Source: Vulcanimicrobiota bacterium (GTDB lineage Bacteria > Vulcanimicrobiota > Xenobia > Xenobiales > JADMJV01). From it: a stretch of DNA of 64,000 nucleotides. The number at the start of each line of letters is the position of its first letter. Position 1 is the first letter of the stretch. This document shows positions 54,849 through 64,000 of this stretch, in pieces. The stretch lies in contig JBFWNU010000012.1 of NCBI GenBank assembly GCA_050250895.1, forward strand, positions 1 to 64,000, in the 5' to 3' direction. A program made the translations under genes and the position numbers. The notes beneath the pieces were generated by a model. That model was not told the DNA's origin and did not search any database. It saw nothing but the letters and a program-made list of their open reading frames with translations.

Positions 54849-55572
54849 TTTCGACGCAGGTGATAGCGTCTCGCAATCGGCAGCATCGCAGGCCTCGGGC
54901 GATCCTCTCCAGCGGCGGACCGCCGTCCTCGAGCCAGGCAGAAAGCCCCTCTTGCTCGACCATGGTGCCGTCCTCGGTGATGGCCTCGGTCACACCGTCG
55001 GTGAACAACAGGTAGCGTTCGGCGGGCCGCAGGCAAGCTCGGTGAACGGTGTAGCGTTCGCGAGCGACCACCCCCAGGGGCAGGTTATGGCCCTTGAGCC
55101 AGTGGACCCGACCGTGGGGCGACACGATCACAAGACCGGTGTGTCCGCCGTCGACAAATTCGAGAATGCCTCGACCCAGGTCAAAACGAACATAGCAGAA
55201 AGTCACGAAGTGCTCGCGCTCTTGCAGGGCAAGGGCCGCGCGCGACTGGACCTGGTCGATGACTTCGTGCAAGGGGGGACAGGACTGACAAGCCCGGGCG
55301 AAGAGCTTGCGACAAGCAACGGCGATACGCGCTGCCGTCGGGCCTTTACCCATGACATCACCGATGCAGACATCGATGACTTGTTGGCTTGAGGCACTCA
55401 GGAGGTAGAAGTCCCCCTGGTTTTCGCCGGCGGGATCGTCCCAGACTCTGGCTTGTAGACGGCCGTGGCGAAAGGTCAGGAAGGGATGGTCGGTGGGAGT
55501 TGGGGTTCGAAGGGCGGAATGTGGACGGGGAGCCGGCGGTGCGTGAAGACGCTGCCGGGACACGGTTTTCAA
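54838..55572 (-). CDS. Stand-alone PP2C/SpoIIE-family phosphatase
   Basis: GDFY; IGDVMGKG; DGGH; LPLG; FTDGVTEA; RDAIT. Confidence 0.85.
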   Translation of the reverse strand: MKTVSRQRLHAPPAPRPHSALRTPTPTDHPFLTFRHGRLQARVWDDPAGENQGDFYLLSASSQQVIDVCIGDVMGKGPTAARIAVACRKLFARACQSCPPLHEVIDQVQSRAALALQEREHFVTFCYVRFDLGRGILEFVDGGHTGLVIVSPHGRVHWLKGHNLPLGVVARERYTVHRACLRPAERYLLFTDGVTEAITEDGTMVEQEGLSAWLEDGGPPLERIARGLRCCRLRDAITCVEISV

Positions 55573-55690
55573 AGGTCACACCTTTCCGAGAATTCCACTC
55601 CGAGAATAGCACGAACCTACCATCTCAGGCAGTGAAGTGGTTCACAAAAGGTCCGTTTCCGATCGTCATTACGAGGGTAGAAACCCCAAT

Positions 55691-55951
55691 ATGGAAGAGT
55701 CCTTGATGGAGTTTCCCTGCTCGTTCCAGGTCAAGGCGATGGGGCTGGCGGGGGAGGATTTTGTTGAGCACGTGGTGGCGCTGGTGCGTTCCCACATGGC
55801 CAGCCACGAGCCACACGAGGTGAGTTCGCGGCCCAGTAGCGCCGGCAAATACTGGTCGGTGACGGTCACCATCGAGGCTCAGAGTCGCGAACAGATCGAT
55901 CGCATCTATCAGGATCTCACCGACTCGGCCCTGGTGCTCTACGCTCTATAA
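55691..55951 (+). CDS. ybeD: YbeD (DUF493) family protein
   Basis: EFPCSF.VKAMG; SSAGKYWSVTVTI.A.S.EQID.IY..L. Confidence 0.88.
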   Translation: MEESLMEFPCSFQVKAMGLAGEDFVEHVVALVRSHMASHEPHEVSSRPSSAGKYWSVTVTIEAQSREQIDRIYQDLTDSALVLYAL

Positions 55952-56941
55952 CCAGCGCATGACCAGGGCGCACCAGGCTAGTCCGCCCCCGAATCCAACC
56001 GTTACCACGATATCGCCCGAGTGGATGCGGCCCTGGCGTTGCGCCTCCCAAAGGGCCAGCGGCACCGACCCGTTGGAGGTGTTGCCGTAACGGTCGACGT
56101 TGGTAAACACCCGGTCCATGGAGATGTTGAGCCGGCGAGCGGCTGCTTCGATGATTCTAAGGTTGGCCTGGTGGGGGATAAACAACGAGACTTGCTCGGG
56201 CGCGATGCCAGATTTCTCCAACGCCTGAATCGAGGCTTCGCCCATGGCCTGGACCGCGAACCGATAGACGCCACGCCCGGCCATATGGATGCAGTGATCG
56301 GTGCGCTCCTGGCTGGGTGCTCCGGCCCCGGCCGGAATGCGAAGAAGGTCGCCCCCACTGCCGTCGGCTCCGAAGTGAAAGCCAAGGATGCCGCTACCCT
56401 CCGGAACCGGGCCGAGCACGGCGGCTCCGGCGGCGTCTCCGAATAAAACACAGGTGGAGCGGTCGTCCCAATTAGTGATTCGTGACAGGGTGTCGACCCC
56501 CACCACCAGCACCCGCTTGTAGGTTCCGCTGGCCACGAACTGTTGCCCGACGCACAGGGCATAGGTAAAACCCGAGCAGGCAACCGAAAGGTCGAAGGCG
56601 CCGGCCCGAGTGGCTCCCAGGCGTTGTTGGATTCGGCAGGCGGTAGAAGGCATAGGCGAATCGGGGGTAAGGGTCGCCACGATGATGAGTTCGATCTCTT
56701 CAGGGCTCAACCTGGCCTGCTCGAGGGCCTGTTGCGCGGCTGTGAAGCCGAGGTCCGAAGAGCACAGCCCGTCGGGCGCGATGCGTCGCTCACAGATGCC
56801 GGTGCGCGAGCGGATCCACTGGTCGGAGGTGTCGACCCGGGCTTCGAGTTGGCTGTTGGAAACGATCTGGTCGGGAACGCAGTGGCCAAGTCCCAGGATG
56901 CCGACCGGGGCGAGTCGGACTCTAGTCATCGTGGCTGGCAT
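55946..56941 (-). CDS. fabH: 3-oxoacyl-ACP synthase III
   Basis: DTSDQWIRSRTGI.ERR; ACSGF; FGDAAGA; PHQANLRI; YGNTS. Confidence 0.96.
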   Translation of the reverse strand: MPATMTRVRLAPVGILGLGHCVPDQIVSNSQLEARVDTSDQWIRSRTGICERRIAPDGLCSSDLGFTAAQQALEQARLSPEEIELIIVATLTPDSPMPSTACRIQQRLGATRAGAFDLSVACSGFTYALCVGQQFVASGTYKRVLVVGVDTLSRITNWDDRSTCVLFGDAAGAAVLGPVPEGSGILGFHFGADGSGGDLLRIPAGAGAPSQERTDHCIHMAGRGVYRFAVQAMGEASIQALEKSGIAPEQVSLFIPHQANLRIIEAAARRLNISMDRVFTNVDRYGNTSNGSVPLALWEAQRQGRIHSGDIVVTVGFGGGLAWCALVMRWL

Positions 56942-56950
56942 GAAATTCGT

Positions 56951-57349
56951 TCAGGCTCGATCCGGTGAGGGGAACTGGGCGCCGAGCTGGGTAAGACTCT
57001 CTCGCAGGTTGTCGGCCGAGTGGCTCCAGCCGAGGGCCGCGTCGACCCTACCCGATTCGAGGTCGCTCTCGACATCTTTGAGGATGCTGAGCTTGCGCGT
57101 AATCGTGTTGCGAATACGTTCCATTTTGCGCTCTTCGGGAGTCTCGGCGTTAGAAGTGCCGCCGGCCTGCCCGCCACCCGGGAAGCGGAAACTCAAGAAC
57201 TGCTCGGAGGAAGGGCCGAACAGCACCCGCAGGGTCTTGAGCACTACATCGTTCCAGCTGGAATATTCGTCTTCGTCAGCGGTTGCCAGCAGATTTTCAC
57301 CAAGCTGAATGGTCTGGCGCAGCAGGTCTATCGCTTTCATTTCTTGCAT
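56951..57349 (-). CDS. Hypothetical helical protein, ~132 aa
   Basis: Co-oriented with fabH; W.......L..LFG..S..F..F pattern. Confidence 0.6.
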   Translation of the reverse strand: MQEMKAIDLLRQTIQLGENLLATADEDEYSSWNDVVLKTLRVLFGPSSEQFLSFRFPGGGQAGGTSNAETPEERKMERIRNTITRKLSILKDVESDLESGRVDAALGWSHSADNLRESLTQLGAQFPSPDRA

Positions 57350-57429
57350 TGGTCGAGTCCTGGATCGGTTTAGATATGCAATTGAATCACAACCAGAAAA
57401 TTCCTGCAGAACACGGCCGGCAGTTGACC

Positions 57430-58173
57430 ATGGTCTCAATGATGGCAGCCAACTTCAGCGGTGCTTGTCGGAAGATCTCTCAACGGTTCGGAATTTCCTT
57501 CCTGGACGATCCCGATTGGACCGAACATCGGCGCGCCCTGGTCGAGGGGCGAGCTGGCCTGGCCGCCCTGTGTGGACTGGTCTACATTCAGTGGTCACAG
57601 CCACTGGAACTGCTAGCCGCTCCCGTGCCGACCGGCGACAAGTATGGGGCAGGGCCCATCTATTTCTCTGAGGTGGTGGTGACGGCCGACTCTGGCTTGA
57701 CCAGTTTTGAGGACCTGACCGGGCGGAGCCTGGCCATCAACGAGCCGGGCTCGCACAGCGGCTGTGCCATTGTCGGCTACGAATTGGCGCGGCGTGGGTT
57801 GAGCACCGATTTCCTTGGACCTGTTGTGCAGTCAGGCGGTCATCGGGCTTCACTGGCTCTGATAGCCGCGGGAAAGGTGGATTGGGCCGCCATCGATTCG
57901 ACCGTCTTCGACTATTGGTCCCAGCGAGAACCGGAGCTTTTTGCCCGCCTGCGCAGCCTGACCCGGCTGGGGCCGAGCCCCCATCCGCCCCTGGTAGCTC
58001 AGGGGCTGGCCCCGGACCGAGTGGCCAGTCTGCGGGAACAGTTTTTGAGCCTTCCCCCTGACTTTCTGACGGAATTCGGTTATCAGGGCCTGGCCCAGGT
58101 GACCGACGCCGATTATGACCGGCTGCGAGAGATGGCACGGATGGCGGCTACTTGCTGGCCGGTTCGAGGGTAA
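57430..58173 (+). CDS. PhnD-like (phosphate/phosphonate-type) binding protein without signal peptide
   Basis: CGLVY; YFS..VV; DL.GR..A.N..GSHSG; SGGHRASL; AAIDS; start uncertain (57376 or 57430). Confidence 0.8.
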   Translation: MVSMMAANFSGACRKISQRFGISFLDDPDWTEHRRALVEGRAGLAALCGLVYIQWSQPLELLAAPVPTGDKYGAGPIYFSEVVVTADSGLTSFEDLTGRSLAINEPGSHSGCAIVGYELARRGLSTDFLGPVVQSGGHRASLALIAAGKVDWAAIDSTVFDYWSQREPELFARLRSLTRLGPSPHPPLVAQGLAPDRVASLREQFLSLPPDFLTEFGYQGLAQVTDADYDRLREMARMAATCWPVRG

Positions 58174-58200
58174 CGGCCGACCCGAAGGGAACACATCCGG

Positions 58201-59040
58201 ATGGAAAACTTTCTTCGTTTTCGGGGGACAGACCGCTATTTGACCAATTCGGCCCTGGAGGCGGCCGTCAACTGCGCCCTGGCGCTCGAGAAGCCCCTAT
58301 TGGTGAGGGGCGAGCCCGGAACCGGCAAGACTTTGTTGGCCGAAGCCGTGGCCGAAGGGCTGGGCCTCGAGCTGGTTCGCTGGCATGTCAAAAGCACCAC
58401 CCGGGCCCAGGATGGTCTCTATGTCTACGACACGGTGCAGCGCTTGTACGACTCGCGTTTCGATGACCGCAACGTGCATGACATCAGGCAATACATCAAA
58501 CTGGGGCCGCTGGGACAGGCGTTCTCGGCTCCCTCGCGGGTGGTGCTGCTGATCGACGAGATCGACAAGGCCGATATCGAGTTTCCCAATGATCTGCTTC
58601 ATGAGCTCGACCGGATGCGGTTTCGCATCACCGAGACCAACGAACTGGTCGAAGCCAAAGAGCGACCCATCGTGATAATTACTTCCAACAACGAAAAGGA
58701 GCTGCCCGATGCGTTCCTGCGGCGTTGTGTCTTTCACTTCATCGACTTTCCCGAGCCCGAATTCATGCGCGAGATCGTCGAGGTCCATCATCCCGGGTTG
58801 GACCAAGAACTGGCCCGCCAGGCCATGGAGGCTTTCTTCGGCTTGCGCGAGTTGCCCCGCCTTCGTAAACGGCCCAGCACCAGCGAACTGATCGACTGGA
58901 TCTCGGCGCTCAAGGCGGCCGGCATCGAGCAGGTCACCCTCGAGCCGGGCATGCCGTTCCTGGGCACACTGCTCAAGAAAGAGCAAGATCTGGCCACCCT
59001 GGCCGAGCATGTCACGCGCCGACCCGGCTGGCGCAACTGA
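58201..59040 (+). CDS. MoxR-family AAA+ ATPase
   Basis: GEPGTGKT; LLIDEIDKAD.EFPNDLL; TSNNEKELPDAFLRRC. Confidence 0.95.
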   Translation: MENFLRFRGTDRYLTNSALEAAVNCALALEKPLLVRGEPGTGKTLLAEAVAEGLGLELVRWHVKSTTRAQDGLYVYDTVQRLYDSRFDDRNVHDIRQYIKLGPLGQAFSAPSRVVLLIDEIDKADIEFPNDLLHELDRMRFRITETNELVEAKERPIVIITSNNEKELPDAFLRRCVFHFIDFPEPEFMREIVEVHHPGLDQELARQAMEAFFGLRELPRLRKRPSTSELIDWISALKAAGIEQVTLEPGMPFLGTLLKKEQDLATLAEHVTRRPGWRN

Positions 59041-60227
59041 TGTTCGTCCCTTTTCTTTACGAACTACGGTCGCGCGGGGTGCCGGTCGGGACTCAAGAGG
59101 CCGTGGCCCTGGCCGAGGCTCTCAAAAAAGGGCTTCACCAGAGTTCGCTGGACGGCTTCTACCACATCTCCAGGGCCCTGATGGTCCACTCGGAGGCTCA
59201 TCTGGACGCCTTCGACCAGGCTTTCTTGCATCACTTTCATGGGGTCGAACTGGCCGCCACGGCCCTCCATCAGGACCTGCTCGACTGGCTTCGCGACGCC
59301 CTCGATCGCATTCCAGAGCTGACCCCCGAAGAGAAGGTCTTATTCGACCTGCTCGACTTCGACGAACTCAAGAAGATGTTCGATGAACGTCTCGACGAGC
59401 AGAACGAGCGCCACGACGGAGGCGATCGCTTCATCGGCACCGGCGGTAAATCGCCTTTCGGCCACAGTGGAGCCCCGCGACCCGGCTTTCGTATCGGCGG
59501 CCGCTCGCGCAACCGGCGAGCCATGCAGGTGGCCGAGCAACGCAATTTTCGCGACTATCGCAGCGACCGCATCCTCGACGTGCGCCAGTATGCGGTGGCC
59601 TTGCGCAAGCTGCGCACCTTCGGTCGCGAGGGCAACGAGGAAGAACTCGACATCGACAAAACCATTTCGGCGACCGCCGACAACGCCGGCGAACTCGAGA
59701 TCGTCACCCGCCCGCCGCGGCGCTCCAATGTGCGGGTCATCCTCATGATGGATGTGGGCGGCACGATGGATCCTTTCACCCAGCAAGTCGAACAGCTCTT
59801 CTCGGCGGCCGCCAAAGCCACTCACTTCAAGGAGTTCCACGCCTTCTACTTTCACAACTGCGTCTACGACTCGGTCTACAAGACGGCCCGTTTTCGCAAT
59901 CCCGTGCCTGTCGACGAGATCCTGGCCCGCTACGGCAAGCACTACAAGCTGATCATGGTGGGGGATGCGATGATGGCGCCGTATGAGCTGGTCGCTCCCA
60001 AGGGCGCGCTGTTCTTCGGCTACGAGGGCAAACGCTCGGGACTAGAATGGCTACAGGCCCTAACCGACCATTTCCGCAAAGCCATCTGGCTCAATCCCGA
60101 GCCTCCTCGCTATTGGAGCGGCCGCACCCTGCACGAAATCCAGAAACTCTTCCCCATGTTCCCCCTCACCCTGGAAGGCCTCGACCAGGGCATCGCCCAC
60201 CTGGTAAAGGGAAGAGGGCGGGCCTAA
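59040..60227 (+). CDS. vWA-domain (CoxE-like) partner of MoxR
   Basis: IGTGG.SPFGH; DVGGTMDP; YFHNCVY; VGDA.M.PYE; WLNP; TGATG overlap. Confidence 0.92.
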   Translation: MFVPFLYELRSRGVPVGTQEAVALAEALKKGLHQSSLDGFYHISRALMVHSEAHLDAFDQAFLHHFHGVELAATALHQDLLDWLRDALDRIPELTPEEKVLFDLLDFDELKKMFDERLDEQNERHDGGDRFIGTGGKSPFGHSGAPRPGFRIGGRSRNRRAMQVAEQRNFRDYRSDRILDVRQYAVALRKLRTFGREGNEEELDIDKTISATADNAGELEIVTRPPRRSNVRVILMMDVGGTMDPFTQQVEQLFSAAAKATHFKEFHAFYFHNCVYDSVYKTARFRNPVPVDEILARYGKHYKLIMVGDAMMAPYELVAPKGALFFGYEGKRSGLEWLQALTDHFRKAIWLNPEPPRYWSGRTLHEIQKLFPMFPLTLEGLDQGIAHLVKGRGRA

Positions 60228-60244
60228 CAACTACCGTCTGAAGA

Positions 60245-61828
60245 CTACCCCCACAAGGGCAGTTTGAGCTGGCCGTTGTCGTCGGGCTGCTTGTTGCGCT
60301 GGATGGCCAGGCTGAGGGCTCGGTCGGGATTGATCATGCCGGCGCCCTGGCTTTCGCTGCGATAGGCGGGCATCGGGGTAGCGCTGTCGCGCAGGATTTC
60401 TTTGACTTCGGCGGGCGTAAGGTGGGGGTTGGCTTCGAGCATCTCGGCCACCACGCCGGCCACGATGGGAGCAGCCATCGAGGTGCCGGGCATGCCGATG
60501 TAGTCGGTCTCGACCATGGGCAGGCGCTCGGTGGCCTCGAGCAGGTGATCAAGTTCCTGGCGGGCGTGGCTGGGGCTCTTGTGAAAGCGCACGATCGAAC
60601 TGCCGTTGAGGCCGATCATTCGCAGAGTCGGGGCCGGCACGTTGACTAGCTCGGAATCGGGCATCTTCTGCAGCCAGTCGAGGGTGCGGTGCACATCGGT
60701 GTATTTACGGGCGGTGGCCTCGAGCACCGAGTTGGGGGCGTTGGGGCCGATAATGCCTTCGCCCGGGGCTACCAGGTCGGGCTTGGAACTGCCCGCCTCG
60801 CCTCGACTCGAAAACGACGGGATCCGGTCGTCGGAGCGGTCAGGGGTGTTGCGGTCGTCGACAGCGCCGACGGTGATGACCGAGGGGCTGTCGCCGGGGC
60901 TCGAGATGGTGCCCAGTTCTGGACCCTGGTTGCCGGCCGAGACCACCACCACGATGCCCTCTTCGACGGCTCTTTCCACGGCCTTGCGAATGGGGTCGTT
61001 GGTCGAGCGGGCCGAGGTGTCGCCGGTGCCTAGAGAAAGATTAATGACGCGAATGTTATACCGTGCCTTGTTCTCGACCGCCCAGTTCAGGCCCTGAAGG
61101 ATGCGCGAGGTGCTGCCGCGGCCACTCTTGTCGAGCACTTTGACGCCGATCAGGTTGGCGTCGGGGGCGGTGCCCCGGTGGATCCCACCCGAGAGAAAGC
61201 CCGAGCCGGCGGCGTCGCCGGCCACGTGGGTGCCGTGGCCGTTGTCGTCGTAAGGTACCGATTTGCCATTCACGAAGTCTTGAAAGGCCACAATGCGCTG
61301 ATGGGGGTAGGCCAGGTCGGGATGAGGATAAATGCCGGTGTCGATGACGGCGATGCCCACTCCTTTGCCGGTGTAGGTTTGGGTTAGCGGGGTGAGAAAT
61401 CGCGGGTTCTCGAGGGGTTGCCGGGGACCTGGCGGGGGGGCGACCGGACCGTCGGCCGATCGTTGCTGCTTGCGCTCCCACGGCTCGGGATGAAGAAACG
61501 TCTCTTCGTCGTTGGGGATGGCTTCGAAGCCGGCCTTTTCGGCCAGTTCGCGATTAGCCTGGTTCATGACGGCGGTAAAGCCTTTGACCAGGGGAATCTG
61601 TTCGTCGACCACGATGTTGAGTCGGGCCAGCCGGGCGGCCAGTCCTTCGGGGCCGACCGATTGCAGCGCCTCGGGGCTGGGGACCAGCAGGTAGGGGTCC
61701 TGGCGCTCGTCGGTGCCCTCGACCAGATTGGCCGAAAAAATGGGCTCATTCAGGGGGAGGTCCATCTGGCGCTCGACCCGGCGGGGAGCGAACAAGTGGC
61801 GTTGCGATTGGATGGAGCCTACGAGCAC
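60245..61828 (-). CDS. Cytoplasmic-type subtilisin (S8, AprX-like) serine protease
   Basis: IAVIDTG, DNGHGTHVAG, SAGN, GTSMAAP; no signal peptide; GTG at 61828 after AAGGA. Confidence 0.92.
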   Translation of the reverse strand: MLVGSIQSQRHLFAPRRVERQMDLPLNEPIFSANLVEGTDERQDPYLLVPSPEALQSVGPEGLAARLARLNIVVDEQIPLVKGFTAVMNQANRELAEKAGFEAIPNDEETFLHPEPWERKQQRSADGPVAPPPGPRQPLENPRFLTPLTQTYTGKGVGIAVIDTGIYPHPDLAYPHQRIVAFQDFVNGKSVPYDDNGHGTHVAGDAAGSGFLSGGIHRGTAPDANLIGVKVLDKSGRGSTSRILQGLNWAVENKARYNIRVINLSLGTGDTSARSTNDPIRKAVERAVEEGIVVVVSAGNQGPELGTISSPGDSPSVITVGAVDDRNTPDRSDDRIPSFSSRGEAGSSKPDLVAPGEGIIGPNAPNSVLEATARKYTDVHRTLDWLQKMPDSELVNVPAPTLRMIGLNGSSIVRFHKSPSHARQELDHLLEATERLPMVETDYIGMPGTSMAAPIVAGVVAEMLEANPHLTPAEVKEILRDSATPMPAYRSESQGAGMINPDRALSLAIQRNKQPDDNGQLKLPLWG

Positions 61829-61902
61829 CTGAAGTCCTTTCTCCCCCTCGAGCAATTTCCACGATGCTAACAAGCGGGCCGAGAAGGGATGTTGCCACTT
61901 TG

Positions 61903-63117
61903 TTAAACTGGCGCTTCGGGGTCTTCTAAGGGGCTGTCCTCATCGGGCTCTGGTGAGGGGGGCTGGGGCGGAGCAGGCATGGGCAGGCACAGTTCTTCGG
62001 GGGCCAATTTCCAGACGCTGGCAAGCTCGCGAAAGCGCTCCCGCACCATCTGGAGATCTTCAGTGACGGCGGCCAGAAAGCGGTGGCGGGCCTGCAGCAG
62101 GTCGCCCTGTAAGAGCCGGCACTGACCGTAGCCGTAGCTGGCTTCGAACAGCTTCTCGAAGCGCTTGAGAGCCTCGCCGAAATAGGTTTCGGCCGCCGGC
62201 AGATGGCCCAGCAGCTGCTCGCTGCGACCCAGATAGTAGAATACGTAGGGGTTAGGACCATCGCGCTTCCACGAGTCGAGCAACAGCTCGGAGGCCTCCG
62301 CCAGACGATCCCGCAGGTAGGGCTCGGACTCTTTTGGCCGCGAAGAGAACAACAAGCTCTCGGCCAGGTGGAAAGCGCCCCGGAACATGTGAGGGTCCAG
62401 AGTGTGGGCTTTGCGCTGGTACTCGATGGCTTGCTCGCAGAGTTCGACGCGTTGCTCAGGGTCGCGTTGGCGCATCGCCTTTTCGAGGCGGCTCTGGCCG
62501 CGTCGCTGGCTGCCCATGGCTTGGAGCGAAGGAACGAAGTTCGCCAGGGCCTCGACCAGGCCCGGCTCCGCGAGAGTGGGGCGAGCTTCGAGTTCTTCCT
62601 CGCTGAGAGCCTCGCGGTAAAACAGTTGGGGAATGTCCCGGGGCAAGAGGGCCAGTTCGGTTTCCACCACCAGGCGGCCCAGCAGGGCGTTGCATGCGAT
62701 CAGTTCCGCAGGGTGGGCGCCCTCGACCAGACCCAGGTGGTGGCAAACCTCGCCGATGTTTTTGTCTTTGAGACTAAGAAAGGCTCGCAGGCAGGGCAGT
62801 TGCTGGTTGCGAGGCTCGAGTTGGGCGGCCCGCTCGACACTTGCTCGGGCTGCCTCGAGGTCGTCGAGGTCGGCCAGGGCCAGGCTCTTGAAGATGGGCG
62901 CGGCCGGGTTTTCGGGGGCCCGCTCGAGAGCTCGCTCGAAGTCTGCCAGGGCCTCTTCGGCTCGCCCTAGATCGAGATAAACCAGGCCGCGCTGCAGGCA
63001 GGGTCCCGGATGGTCCGCCAGGCCACTGACGGCCTCGGCGAACAGCTCCAAAGCCTGTTCGGGGTCGCCTCGACGGGCCAGGTTCTGGGCTCGAGCGAGC
63101 ACACTCCAGGTTGCCAT
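61903..63117 (-). CDS. Tetratricopeptide repeat protein
   Basis: RGLVYLDLGRAEEALADFERALERAPEN; YYLGR...A..YF..AL. Confidence 0.85.
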   Translation of the reverse strand: MATWSVLARAQNLARRGDPEQALELFAEAVSGLADHPGPCLQRGLVYLDLGRAEEALADFERALERAPENPAAPIFKSLALADLDDLEAARASVERAAQLEPRNQQLPCLRAFLSLKDKNIGEVCHHLGLVEGAHPAELIACNALLGRLVVETELALLPRDIPQLFYREALSEEELEARPTLAEPGLVEALANFVPSLQAMGSQRRGQSRLEKAMRQRDPEQRVELCEQAIEYQRKAHTLDPHMFRGAFHLAESLLFSSRPKESEPYLRDRLAEASELLLDSWKRDGPNPYVFYYLGRSEQLLGHLPAAETYFGEALKRFEKLFEASYGYGQCRLLQGDLLQARHRFLAAVTEDLQMVRERFRELASVWKLAPEELCLPMPAPPQPPSPEPDEDSPLEDPEAPV

Positions 63118-63313
63118 GCTCTTAGGATGCCTCGTGGCAGCGAGAATTTCCTGGTTCAAGTTCTTTTCAGGGCGATGAAGTAGTCTCGACGGGTCGAGGG
63201 TTAGCACGCTTGTGAGACCAGCTGCAGAGGCTGATCGCAGTGGCCTGCTTTGGTGGCGTGTTAACATTTTGGCAATAAAGGTATGCAGACTTTCATGCTA
63301 GGATTAGGGCACT

Positions 63314-64000
63314 ATGGGCCAATTTGTGTCTCCGCTCGGAGCTCAGCTTAAAACTCCTCCCGTGGCCAAGGCTAACGGCACCCCGCGAAGAGAGGACAGC
63401 GACCAGGCACTTCCGGTCGAGAGCTTCGAAGCCAGCCAACCGCAACCCCAGGCCCGACCCGCCGAGACCGCTCGCGTGGCTCCTGAGCCCGAGCCCAGGG
63501 CAACCGAGACGTTTCTCGAGCGTCCCACGACGCCAGCGCAACCACCGAACACCCCCACCACCATTCCGGTGTTCGAGCAACCTGTTTCCGAAGAGGTCCA
63601 AGCCGTCACCGGCTCTGGCGGCGAGAGTTTGGCCGAGGTGGCCAAGCGCGTGGCCGCCGAAGTCGATCGAGCCGAGGCCGCCAAAGCCAGCCAGCCTACC
63701 GCCGCGACCACTTCCACCGAGCTTCCCAAGGCCGAGTCTGCCAAGCGGGCCGAACTGGCCTCGAACATTCGCACCCATCGCAGCGTCGGCAGCGCTCTGC
63801 TGCACTTCGTGACCGGTGACCCCCTCAAGGTTTACAAGAAAGAGCTCGATGCCATCAACAAGGCCGAGGCCATGGCTGCCAAGCTCACGACGCCGGCCGA
63901 ATTCCAGGCCAAAACGGCCGAGTTCAAGCAACGGCTGGCCAACGGCGAAACCCTCGAAGACCTGCGGGTCGAGGCCTACGCGGTGGCTCGCGAAGCCTGC
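63314..64000 (+). CDS. secA: SecA-family protein (5' part only) with ~155-aa low-complexity N-terminal extension
   Basis: Open frame from ATG 63314 to the window end, finishing LKVYKKELDAINKAE...FQAKTAEFKQRLANGETLEDLRVEAYAVAREA, which matches the SecA N-terminus. Confidence 0.82.
   Translation, partial: MGQFVSPLGAQLKTPPVAKANGTPRREDSDQALPVESFEASQPQPQARPAETARVAPEPEPRATETFLERPTTPAQPPNTPTTIPVFEQPVSEEVQAVTGSGGESLAEVAKRVAAEVDRAEAAKASQPTAATTSTELPKAESAKRAELASNIRTHRSVGSALLHFVTGDPLKVYKKELDAINKAEAMAAKLTTPAEFQAKTAEFKQRLANGETLEDLRVEAYAVAREAC

Noticed and set aside
58201-60227. MoxR/vWA pair as a ternary conflict system
   Set aside because: Ordinary conserved two-gene type with no fused effector or variable third component
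63293-63931. ORF-track calls 63293-63931 (-), 63324-63812 (+) and 63343-63828 (-)
   Set aside because: Shadows or alternative frames of the open SecA-like frame starting at 63314

Overview
A 64-kb, GC-rich bacterial chromosomal segment with no rRNA, tRNA, CRISPR array or intact mobile element. Two giant repeat-built genes dominate. The first is a >2,000-aa low-complexity ORF on the minus strand (start about 6046, running off the left edge, so absent from the ORF track). The second is a ~6,700-aa filamentous-haemagglutinin/TpsA-type exoprotein (11765-31900) with 1,674-bp tandem super-repeats, an unusual acidic C-terminal repeat module and no TpsB partner in the window. Between them lies a non-canonical Hsp70 (Zn-ribbon + beta-sandwich domains + Hsp70 ATPase) translationally coupled to a GrpE-like gene. 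The rest is mixed housekeeping and accessory genes: glnS, nifJ + DHODH-like, fabH, pyrR-like, ybeD, a GluR0-like channel, two radical SAM enzymes, two tandem-PilZ proteins, a WD40-caspase, MoxR/vWA, an AprX-like subtilase, a TPR protein and the start of a SecA homolog with a ~155-aa N-terminal extension (also absent from the ORF track). The best candidates for undescribed biology are the Hsp70/GrpE module, a subtilase with two sliding-clamp-type hexapeptides, the extended SecA plus other proteins with disordered signal-less N-termini, and an unannotated small ORF/structured RNA at 44161-44320. All product calls come from motif recognition by eye, not database searches. Most long antisense ORFs in the track are codon-bias shadows.
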